A DNA stretch of 63,543 nt. It comes from Octopus bimaculoides. Taxonomy: Eukaryota. The notes under the pieces are model-generated. The model saw only the letters and a program-made list of their open reading frames with translations. It was not told the DNA's origin and ran no database searches. Position 1 is the first letter of the stretch. The number at the start of each line of letters is the position of its first letter. This document shows positions 53,226 to 63,543 of this stretch, in pieces. The DNA lies in NCBI RefSeq assembly GCF_001194135.2, contig NC_069004.1, forward strand, positions 32,118,580 to 32,182,122, given 5' to 3'. The position numbers and the translations under genes were made by a program.

Positions 53226-54097
53226 GATGATCAAATGGCCGTGAGGGTCCAACAAAGCAAAATGGTAATCAAAAGGGTCCCTAGGTAAAGAACGGTCAGG
53301 CACCACTGAGTGGGGATATTGGATAGAATGCCTTGCAGTACATGTTATGGGCCTCTATGCTCAGTATATGTTATATGGGCCTCTAGTGCAAGCACTTGGC
53401 TTAGTGGTTAGGGTGTTGGACTCATGATTGTAAGATTATGGTTTCGATTCCTGGACAAGGCAATGCCTTGTATCCTTGAGCAAAACCCTTCATTTCACAT
53501 TGTTCCAGTCCACCCAGGTGGCAAAAATGAGTAATCCTTCGACGGACCAGCATCCCATCCAGGTGGGGAATATATATACCATAAAACCGGGAAACCGGCC
53601 CTTATGAGTCAATATGACTTGAGAAGGTAACTTTACCTCTATGCTCTGAGTTCAAATACTGGCATGGTCAACTTTGCTTTCCGTCCTCTTAGAATCAATA
53701 AATAAAGGGCCAGTTCTGCACTGGAGTTGATTTCTCTCTTTCTTTCCGCGTATCATTCTCTCTTTTAGTCAAAGAAGTTGATTGTGGTCAGACCTGGAGA
53801 AAGAGGGTTTCGGTTAAGTCTAAAAATGCCTAAGACATGTCTTATGTCATGGCAGTAACCACATGACTTCATTAGAGTGCAGGCGGCTGAGCACTCCACA
53901 GACACATGTACCCTTAATGTGACAAGGCTGGCCCTTTTGAATCATAGGTACAACTCATTTTTGCCCGATGAGTGGACTGGAGCAACGTGAAAATAAAGTG
54001 TCTTGCTCAAGGACACAATGCACTGCAAGGAATTGAACTCATGACCATACAATCGTCACTGGAATGCCCTAACCACTAAGCCACATACCTTCACTAT

Positions 54098-54129
<32 letters not shown>

Positions 54130-54189
54130 TCAAAGGGTAGAGATCCCTTCAGTCATGACCATGGGATTGCACCTAGAAAGTTCCCCTCT

Positions 54190-54475
54190 TAGGCACAAGC
54201 CAAGGTAAGGTTGTTTATGGAAGGCCATCAGTCCCCCATGCATACCAGCCTCCCCCTCTCCATACCACTGATGATATCCAAGGGAAAAGCAAAGGGGCCG
54301 ATACAGCTTGGCACCTGTGACATTGCGACTCATTTTTACAGCTGAGTGAACTGGAGCAACCATGAAATAAAGTGTCTTGCTCAAGAACACAACACACAGC
54401 CTGGTCCGGGAATCGAACTCACTACCACATAACTGCAAGCCCGATGCTCTAACCACTAAGCCATGCACCTTCACT
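54190..54475 (-). mobile_element. tRNA-derived SINE with a CTTGAGCAAGACACTT core
   Basis: Closely similar copy at 34250-34480 (-); relatives at 30560-30820 (+), 53390-53635 (+) and 53870-54090 (-). Confidence 0.75.
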
Positions 54476-55255
54476 TATATATACATAGTAATGTGAACTG
54501 CAGGAAAGCTAATTGATATTTTTAAACTTTATGTAAAATACACGAGTTCCAACCAGCCTTTTCCGCAAGCCAATTGGTGCAGAACATTTGGCATGTTTCC
54601 TCGTTATTAGCACCAAATGTGCTGTGTCTTCTAGCACACTTTTAAATCACACACACACACACACAGACACACACACACATATACAATTATACATTTATTG
54701 TATAACTCTTGCTTTATAACTTTTTTCCCCTTCTCTGACAGTCAGCACATTAATAAAAAAATTATGAATATCCCTTGGGCTTTTATAGCTGATTTCGTCT
54801 TTTGTTATTGATTTTATATTTATATATAATATAATATTTGTGTGTACGTATTAATATATATTTTATACTGTGAAGCTTAATTTAATTTTAATTTTTAATA
54901 AATTGATTTTAATTGAGTTTTTACCTGTAATTTTGGATTTTATCCCTAATATTATTATATATATATTACCTACATACATACACACGCGTGCACACATCGC
55001 TGATTCTGTTTCATGCTTCTGTCTTAAATTTCTTACAACGCTTAAGTTGATATAAGAGAGACACACCAGGCAGTCTACTGTATTTGGGAGAGAACCCAGA
55101 TGCTGTTGTGTGATATTACCAACAGATGATACGCCAGAAGGTGGTAAAATAAGATGTTTGTGAAATATCACACTACAGAGTCAGGTGTGGTATAACCAAG
55201 GCAGGATGAGAATAGATTTGCCATGACAGATATAAACACTATAGTATCGTATGAT

Positions 55256-55639
55256 GGGGAGGCGCAATGGCCCAGTGGTTAGGGCAGCGGACTCACGGTC
55301 ATAGGATCGCGGTTTCAATTCCCAGACCAGACGTTGTGAGTGCTTATTGAGTGAAAACACCTAAAGCTCCACGAGGCTCCGGCAGGGGATGGTGGCGAAC
55401 CCTGCTGTACTCTTTCTCCACAACTTTCTCTCACTCTTATTTCCTGTTTCTGTTGTGCCTGTAATTCAAAGGGTCAGCCTTGTCACACTGTGTCACGCTG
55501 AATATCCCCGAGAACTACGTTAAGGGTACACGTGTCTGTGGAGTGCTCAGCCACTTGCACGTTAATTTCACGAGCAAGCTGTTCCGTTGATCGGATTGAC
55601 TGGAACCCTCGACGTCGTAAGCGACGGAGTGCCAACAAC
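55256..55639 (+). mobile_element. Full-length tRNA-derived SINE (family E); other copies at 50418-50749 and 58160-58420 (5'-truncated)
   Basis: A box TGGCCCAGTGG, B-box-like GGTTTC(G/A)ATTCCC, shared body, (CAA) tail; flanked by a 50-bp direct repeat. Confidence 0.85.
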
Positions 55640-55691
55640 ATGAGACTAGATTTGCCATGACAGATATAAACACTATGCTATCGTATGATAG

Positions 55692-56130
55692 TATGGCATC
55701 AGATCAAAAAGTATCCGGACTGGTGCTATGAAAAGGAAAAACCACAACACATTAAATGCTGTACATAGTATTCCCTGTCTGAAGTTAGAGATTTTATCCA
55801 GCAACTGTTTCCATTGATGGAAGTATTCCTGGAAGTATTTGGGGGGGGGGGGGACAGCGAGCAGATGACTTGTCATATTCTCTTGGATTTCCTCAATGTC
55901 ATGAAATCTTGTTTCCTTCAAGCCCTGGTTTCCAGATCATAGCCATAGACCCACAATTCGTCACCTGTTATGACCGTTTCCAAAACATTTCCGTCTTCCT
56001 CGACAAAATCAAGAAGTTCCTACTGGGCAGCTGAAACCCGACCCTCTTTTTGAGACTACCACACTCAACACACTTTACCGCCAAACTCTGCTACAAACAA
56101 CAGAAGTCTGCGACAACATTATAACTTATT
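55692..56130 (-). mobile_element. Internally deleted mariner remnant with one terminal repeat
   Basis: Minus frames give VITGDELWVYGYD and TRFHDIEEIQENMT...FQEYFHQWKQ. TIR-like GATCAAAAAGTATCCGGACTGG near 55700. Confidence 0.75.
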
Positions 56131-56549
56131 GTGCATGCACAACAGAGTCCAAGGTCAACCTATCCCAAGTGGTTTCACTCAGCATACTTTAGTTCTGTTA
56201 CCATAGCAACAGTCCCATTATTTTTTTTTATCAAACCTTATATAAAATACAAGGGTACGACTGGATATGATGATATGTTAGTGGGGCACTATAGAGTACG
56301 AGGAAAGGGGGTTTATGGCATGAACAAAACCCTCTAATGGTTTGCGGTAACTAACTGTCCATGAAATATGTCCCATAAAGAAAACAAAATCTATTATAGA
56401 CATGTGACAGAATATTAATGATCTAGTAATTTTGTGTAATCTGACACCTCTTAAATGTTAAGTGTAGCAGTAATTGGTTCATAATAAATGCAATAGGGGG
56501 CATTGGCAGTTATTGCGTGTGTGTGAGTGTGTATACACACACGTGTATG

Positions 56550-56615
<66 letters not shown>

Positions 56616-56637
56616 CACACACACATGTATGTATGTG

Positions 56638-56669
<32 letters not shown>

Positions 56670-56749
56670 TGCGTGTATGTATGTATATATACACAGGGTA
56701 TGATGTGTAAACCATGCGGTTGGAAACAAACTTCTCGACTATACAGGAT

Positions 56750-57050
56750 GCAATGGGTAAATTGTCGCTATTTTATAACTTTAATTTCATGCATGCACAA
56801 CGAGAGACCAACAAAACTCCTTGTAACACCAAAGATGAACTGAAGGCAACTTAAACAAGGAGACCATCCAGAAGAATTGCAGAAGATTCTGGAGACCATG
56901 GCTGAAGCCAAAAGCAATTTTATTGAATAAATTTACTGTTTAGTATTTCAAGATATTTTTATGTAATTTTGGTAAATATATCTTTTAAAATGAGATATCA
57001 GTGATATCTTCATTTTTGCATAATTTAGATGACAATTGGGGGAAATATTA
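56750..57050 (+). mobile_element. Tc1/mariner-superfamily transposase C-terminal remnant
   Basis: NTKDELKA...LNKET.QK...MAEAKSNFIE* pattern resembling a maT-type transposase end; heavily decayed. Confidence 0.5.
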
Positions 57051-57501
57051 GCTTGCTTGGAAACAGGTGAGGGTTGGTGGCAGGGAAGGCACCTGCCGTA
57101 CAAAATCTGCCACAAATAAACTCTGTCCAAGCCATGCAAGCATGGAAAAGTGGACATTATGATGATGCTGGTGCTGATGATGTTGGTGATGGTTTATCAG
57201 CAATTACCACTGAGGTGCTTAGAATATCTGGTAGGATAAAGCGCAGGCTGGATTCCCACATAGCCAAACAGATAGTCTGAGAAGGTGCCATAACAAGTGG
57301 CTGGCAGAGTGGCACCATCATCATCATCATCATCACCAACTGCTACAAGGGAAAAGGAGATATAGATTATCAAGAGAAACCTATAGAGATATCAAACTGT
57401 TGAACCAGGTTATGAAAAATTATGGAAAGAGTTATGACTGAATTGATTAGAAAGACAATTAATTAGCTTAGATGAGATGTCATTCTTGCCAGAAAGAATT
57501 A

Positions 57502-57665
57502 CCATATTTTAACATGTATAAAAAAAAAACCTAATTTTGGGGGGCTTAAAATTTGGAAAAAAGGTTTTGTAAGGGATTATAATACTATCCATGTATAAGA
57601 AACTCCCATATTTTTTTTACCTAATTTTTTACAAAAAAGGGTTCCTTATACACGTTAAAATACGG
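57502..57665. mobile_element. pogo/Tigger-type MITE
   Basis: TIRs CCATATTTTAACATGTATAA and TTATACACGTTAAAATACGG with TA on both flanks. Confidence 0.75.
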
Positions 57666-57783
57666 TACTTTCAATGCCATTTCTGCTATGAGACAACTAC
57701 AGAAGTACAACACTCAGAGTAGGCCTCCATATCCAGCATTTGTCAACATTGAAAGTGTCTTAGGAAGGGTCATCACTCTATAA

Positions 57784-57972
57784 CAGTGCCCCACAACCTT
57801 TTTTTTACTTGCAGTACACTTATATTGTTTTCATAATTTGGCGGTACACCTGAACTAAAAATATAACTAGAAGTATAGGGAAAAAAATTATATTCAGTTT
57901 ACACCCTGGCACACCTAGCATTGCCTCATGGCACACTAGTGTGCTGCGGAATATATCAGTTGTGAAGCACTG
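57784..57972. mobile_element. hAT (Charlie-type) MITE
   Basis: TIRs CAGTGCCCCACAAC and GTTGTGAAGCACTG; 8-bp TSD CTCTATAA/CTCTATGA. Confidence 0.75.
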
Positions 57973-58459
57973 CTCTATGATATATATAAAAATATATGAA
58001 AGACATATGGTCGTAAAAAATTTGCCTCAATATACTCTAACCACTAGGGTAGCTAGAGTGTATGCCACCTGGGGTGACCTTTCTGTTTGCCACCCCTAGA
58101 CCTAAAAAAAAACATATTGCCTACAGCAGACCCAAAAGTGCCATCCAAGGCAGACTGCCCTTAAAGCTCCACGAGGCTCCATCATGGGAGGTGGCAAACG
58201 CTGCCATACTCTTTCACCACAACTTTCTCTCACACTTACTTCCTGTTTCTGTTGTGCCTGTAATTCAAAGGGTCAGCCTTGTCACACTGTCACACTGAAT
58301 ATCCCCGAGAACTATGTTAAGGGTATACGTGTCTGTGGAGTGCTCAGCCACTTGCATGTTAATTTCACGAGCAGGCTGTTCCGTTGATTGGATCAACTGG
58401 AACCCTCGTCGTCGTCACCAATGGAGTTCTACGATGATATATATGTGTGTGTGTGTGTG

Positions 58460-58519
<60 letters not shown>

Positions 58520-59030
58520 TACACAGTCCACTGAAGGCTAGTGGGCCAAAACTTCGAAGTCACTGTCATCCCGCTTCTTGTATAAGTTTAATAAACCTTT
58601 TATTTTTTTGCAAAAAAGTATTGAGGAATTCTTCAGTTTAATGTTAAATTGTTTTTGATAGATTGCTTGGCATAAGGCAGCGAGCTGGCAGAATCGTTAG
58701 CACACCCAGAAAATGCTTAGCGACATTTCAACTGCTGAGTTGAAATTCCGCTGAGGTTGACTTTGCCTTTCATCCTTTCGGGGTCAATAAAACAAGTACC
58801 AGCGAAACACTGGGGTCGATGTAATTGACTAGTCCCCTCCCCCAAAAAATTTCGGGCCTGTGCCTTTAACAGAAAGGATATATTACTTGACATAAAAACA
58901 ATTAACACACACACACACACATACATACACATGCATGTATATATATCTGCTTGTGGGTGTATGTATGTCTACATACAGATATTGTATGTAGATAGATAGA
59001 TAGATAGATAGATAGACAGACAGATATGTG

Positions 59031-59113
<83 letters not shown>

Positions 59114-59686
59114 TAAGCTGCTCAAGGTGACAGAATCCACGATAGGGTGTGCAATGCATGAAGGCACCAGATGAAAGCCTTACATGACAAGAGATGGCAT
59201 TTTATATCCCCAACAAAACATCTGATCATGTGACCCATAATATCATGAGGTTGTGGTCTGCTAGCTTCTGATTAGAACCCTCTCGTGATACCCAAAGGCA
59301 TCATTGAGGCAAGGGTCAAACAACCATCAACCTACGCCAAGAATACCTTGAGCACTACCATCGTAACCATGGTGTGCAGCATAGGAGGGGGCTTTGTTGA
59401 TCCTGGTATGAAGTTACTTCCGTGGTCGCACTGGGGCCAACATAGGGGCTGAGAGTGGTTTCATTCAATGGCTTGTTTTTTCCATGTGTTGGGTTAGGTT
59501 CACTGTCTGTGTCTTTTATCTGGGACTGGGTTGGGCTTATTTTTGTTTTTGTTGTTTTTATATTTCCTTGTGAATGGTTTTCTACTTGGTCGTCTGGCAC
59601 ACCCTCTACACACACATAAACACACACATATAAACATAATATGCATGCATATAGAAACAAACTACATATATACATATTAAACATGT

Positions 59687-59781
<95 letters not shown>

Positions 59782-60254
59782 ATATAAGCATGCTACACAC
59801 TCAAAATACACATATATAACCTTAATACCTAAAACAGACTGAACACACACCCAAAAGCACATTTCGTCAAGAAGCTACATCAGTGGCACAAAAGCCTAGA
59901 ATTTCAAGACATGACAAGTGTTCTGACACAAAACTCCAGACCCCGAGCCACTAAGGTAGCTTCACAACAATTAATATGATAGTAAAATAATAAATGCATT
60001 TTTCTATATTGATTTCTATTTCTCTTGCCTGTATGAATTGTATTATACACAAACACGTGCATGCATGTATGTACATATTATATGTATTTTTAGGCGTAGG
60101 CATGGTTGTATGGGAAGAGGCTTACTTCCCAACCACATGGTTCCGGGTTCAGTTCCACTGCATAGCATCTTGGCCAAGTGTCTTCTACTATAGCCTTGGG
60201 CCGACCAAAGCCTTGTGAGTGGATTTGGTAGATGGAAACTGAAAGAAGCTCATC

Positions 60255-60292
<38 letters not shown>

Positions 60293-60573
60293 GCTACCGC
60301 TTGACAACCAGTATTGGTGTTCTTATATCCATGTAACTTAGCGGTTCAGTTAAAGAAACCGAAAGAATGAACACTAGGCTTAAAAAAAATAATACGTGCT
60401 AGGACTAAAATTCGACCAAAATTCTTCAAGGCTGTGCCCCAACATGGCCGCAGTCTAATGACTAAAGCAAGCGTACGTACGTACGTACATACATACATAC
60501 ATACGTACATACATAGCTCTCACCCTCTATCAATTCATCTATCTATCTCTCTACCTCTCCCGGCTATTTCTAG

Positions 60574-60873
60574 CGACAACGAAGGGGAAACGAAACGAAA
60601 ATGGACCGTCTCGAAGCTGTAATCCAAACCGTTGTTGGTAGTTTTTGTCGTCATGAAATGTGGGGTGGGAGGAAATGAGTGTAAGCAAGATGATAGTGAG
60701 AGTCTACGGAGGGCAAGGAAGTCTGATTTCTCCATTGTGTGTGGTTCAAGAGTTTCAGCTAAGTTCTGGGATGAGAACAACAACATTGATAACGATCGTC
60801 TCTTCTGGCGGAAGAGAAACTGTCAAGAGATTGTTTCTCCGTTGACTGGACCTCCCGTACAGTTGAGGAAGAG
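60574..60873 (+). other. Candidate 300-nt exon of a plus-strand gene; ORF 60653-60873 (MKCGVGGNECKQ...PVQLRK)
   Basis: Pyrimidine-rich acceptor CTCTCCCGGCTATTTCTAG|C and donor GAG|GTGAGA. ATG in GTCATGA context, open to the donor in phase 2. No homology recognised. Confidence 0.35.
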
Positions 60874-61300
60874 GTGAGATAAGGAGGTCGCCATAAATTG
60901 GGAAGTCGCAGACGACACTCCGCAGATGACACCCATACACAAATTGGGAAGTCGCAGACGACACTCATACACACATGTACATACGGTGTGTGCGTGTTTG
61001 TGTGTGTCGGGAATTATGAAGTAGTTACTCAAAGGCGAAAACTTCCGTGCTTAAATAAATTTCAGAAAGTGTTTCGGGACGAAAGCCAAGGTTTCTGGTA
61101 AACTACACACTTACACAAGTGCGTGCAAGCACGCACACGCATATACTTGTGTATACATATATACATATAAGCATAGGTGTGTGAATATACGTGTGTGTAT
61201 ATGTATGTATAAGGTATTATGTATGCGTATTTACAAGTGCGTGTGTGGGTGCGAGTGTATGCACGCACGAACACAATGCAACACATAGGTGTTGCTTTAT

Positions 61301-61335
<35 letters not shown>

Positions 61336-61449
61336 ATTTATGAAATCATCTCAGTACCATAAACATGTAAAACGTCCCTAAAACAACACGCGTGCAAACA
61401 CACACACACAGAAAGATGGATACATAGAGAGACGAACAGATATATATAT

Positions 61450-61484
<35 letters not shown>

Positions 61485-61841
61485 CATGGATGGATAGATA
61501 GATAGATGGATGGATAGATGGATGGATAGACGGATAGATAGATCGACACGTGCCCCATTGAATAAGTGAGGGATATTCTAAAACACATTCACAGTCCAAC
61601 AGACATTATCTTTTAGAAGTTAATTAAAAAAACAAAAATCAATTGTAAATATTTACATTAAATTGTCTTTGCTTCAACACCAACACACACACAGTCTTAC
61701 ATACAAATCTATAACAATATGCATATACTAATAGATATTTATATATTGTATATCACCTCTCTCTCTCTCTCTTTCTATATGTGTGTATACACAAACGTTT
61801 ATATATGTGCGCATGTGTGTCTGTATGGTACACCTAGGCCT

Positions 61842-61908
<67 letters not shown>

Positions 61909-62269
61909 AACACATCCATACACAACCAAAAATTCTAGTTTTTTTAGGGGGTGGATGCAGTGTTTGTAACATTTTCCCATAATTTTTTTTCCTCTGTAGG
62001 GGTGGGTTACCTTTTACATATGTACCTAGCCTCACCCCTCATCCACACNNNNNNNNNNNNNNNNNNNNNNNNNNNNNNNNNNNNNNNNNNNNNNNNNNNN
62101 NNNNNNNNNNNNNNNNNNNNNNNNNNNNNNNNNNNNNNNNNNNNNNNNNNNNNNNNNNNNNNNNNNNNNNNNNNNNNNNNNNNNNNNNNNNNNNNNNNNN
62201 NNNNNNNNNNNNNNNNNNNNNNNNNNNNNGAAATGGAAAGAGGAGGGGGTGAGGAGGAGGAGGAAGAGA

Positions 62270-62485
62270 AGAAGAAGAGGGGGCGGCGCAGGATCTTTAT
62301 AAAGAGAAACAAATTAAGTGGGGAACACTGTGTCTGTGTGAGAGTGGAGTGTCCGAGTGTGTGTGTACGAATGAGTATGCGTGTAAGTGTTGTTGAGTGT
62401 GCGCGTGTGGATGCGTCTGTGAGTGTGAGTGTGTGTGCGCGTGCGAGTGTGCGGCCGTCAGCTCCCTTTTTTGGAGGGGTTTAAG
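62270..62485 (+). other. Candidate non-coding 5' exon of a plus-strand gene (start uncertain)
   Basis: CpG-rich, ends in AAG|GTAAGC. A matching strong acceptor (long T/C tract, CTTATAG|) 326 nt downstream defines intron 62486-62811. Confidence 0.45.
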
Positions 62486-62543
62486 GTAAGCAGGATTTTT
62501 TATAAGGGTTCAGCACATACAGTCACGCGCAGATAGATAGATT

Positions 62544-62575
<32 letters not shown>

Positions 62576-62811
62576 TAGATAGATAAAGAGATAATCAGAG
62601 AAATAGATGGATAGATAGATAGATAGATGGAGAGAGAGAGAGAGAGAGAGGCAGGCACATACATACATGAAATACACACATACACACACACATACAATGA
62701 AACAAGTAAAAGAATAAATAAATAAATCAATAATGAATTTGTATGTGTATTTACCAATTCTTTCCTTTTTTTTCCCCCTTCCTTTATTTTTGTCCTTTTT
62801 TTTTCTTATAG

Positions 62812-63543
62812 ATTTACATCTATTTTCTACAGCAGAAATTTTGAAATTGTTTCTGTCTTTCGCGAAAAGCAGCAGTGATGGAGGGAAGTGAAGAAAATAA
62901 CCAGAGGAAGTAAAACATAAAGAATAATTGGCGAAAAAAATGACGAGGGTGATGGTGGTGGTGGCGGTGGTGGTGATGGTTGTGATGATGATGATGATAG
63001 TGGTGAAGATGATGGTGTGATGACGGTGATGATGATGCTGGTGGTGATGATGCTGGTGGTGATGATGGTGATGATAATGACGATGATGATGATGACCACA
63101 AAGCAATTCTTAGAGAAAGGAACGGTTAAAGAAATCACAATCAGAAATGCTCGGCCGGAGTGGTGGGAGGAAAGGGTTCCCTCCTCCCCTTTAATATTTG
63201 TTTATGTTCATACGTCACACTACGTGTGTGTGTGTGTGAGATAGAGAGAGAGAGAGACCGTGTGTGTGTGAGTGTGTGTGTGTGTATGCGCGCGCTTATA
63301 AACGAAGGAGGGAGGATGGGTGCCGCGAAGTGTTGTGTTGCACTGGTGATTTATCAGTCACAACTAAAAATCTTTTAAATCATGCAAATAGTATTCAAAT
63401 ATATTCGGAACCGAGAAGATCCGAACAAGGTGATGGCGTCGGGCGCGGCGACGTAGCCTGACTGGCTGGCTGGCGTGCGGGCGGGCGGGATCGGGACAAT
63501 CGAGGAAGAAGGAATATAAATAGTCGGGCCCCAACCGCCACCG
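62812..63543 (+). promoter_or_regulatory. CpG-rich probable 5' UTR or promoter region running off the window end
   Basis: Follows the acceptor at 62811. Short uORFs at 62878-62913 and 63433-63456, octamer ATGCAAAT at 63382-63389, GGGCGG repeats near 63480. Confidence 0.4.

Noticed and set aside
55256-55330. tRNA-like sequences with A and B boxes (also 50418, 30560, 53390 and others)
   Set aside because: They run straight into SINE bodies and lack a complete acceptor stem and terminator, so they are not tRNA genes.
60601-60678. MDRLEAVIQTVVGSF superficially resembles an S100 helix 1
   Set aside because: Only 25 aa, no EF hand, and S100 proteins are vertebrate-restricted; treated as chance.
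1-63543. CRISPR array, prokaryotic operon or defence system, rRNA
   Set aside because: No regularly spaced repeat-spacer array, no long intact ORFs and no rRNA motifs; the recurring 30-40-mers are dispersed SINE cores.

Overview
Eukaryotic genomic DNA: AT-rich, packed with microsatellites ((TA)n, (CA)n, (ATT)n, (GAT)n, (GATA)n) and tRNA-derived SINEs, with 14 N-gaps totalling about 5.6 kb. The repeat families look like those of Octopus; this is recognition from memory, not a database result. The one confidently recognisable coding sequence is the first coding exon of a PP2A regulatory B'' subunit gene (PPP2R3A/B, PR70/PR72 family) on the minus strand at 46572-46267. No conserved EF-hand core exons are visible to its left, so most of the window is probably one intron longer than 46 kb. 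Inside it are at least three non-repetitive islands ending in minus-strand splice donors (35803, 18286, 10417). They look like alternative first exons or promoters. Two end in the same phase (0) as the canonical exon, and one carries a perfect RFX X-box with NF-Y, GC-box and E-box motifs. The right end (60.5-63.5 kb) looks like the 5' region of a divergent plus-strand gene. The remainder is SINEs, degenerate mariner transposases, MITEs, Helentron-type elements, an RTE fragment and foldbacks. No prokaryotic-type system, CRISPR array, rRNA or true tRNA gene is supported. Repeat boundaries are approximate and all alignments were done by eye.
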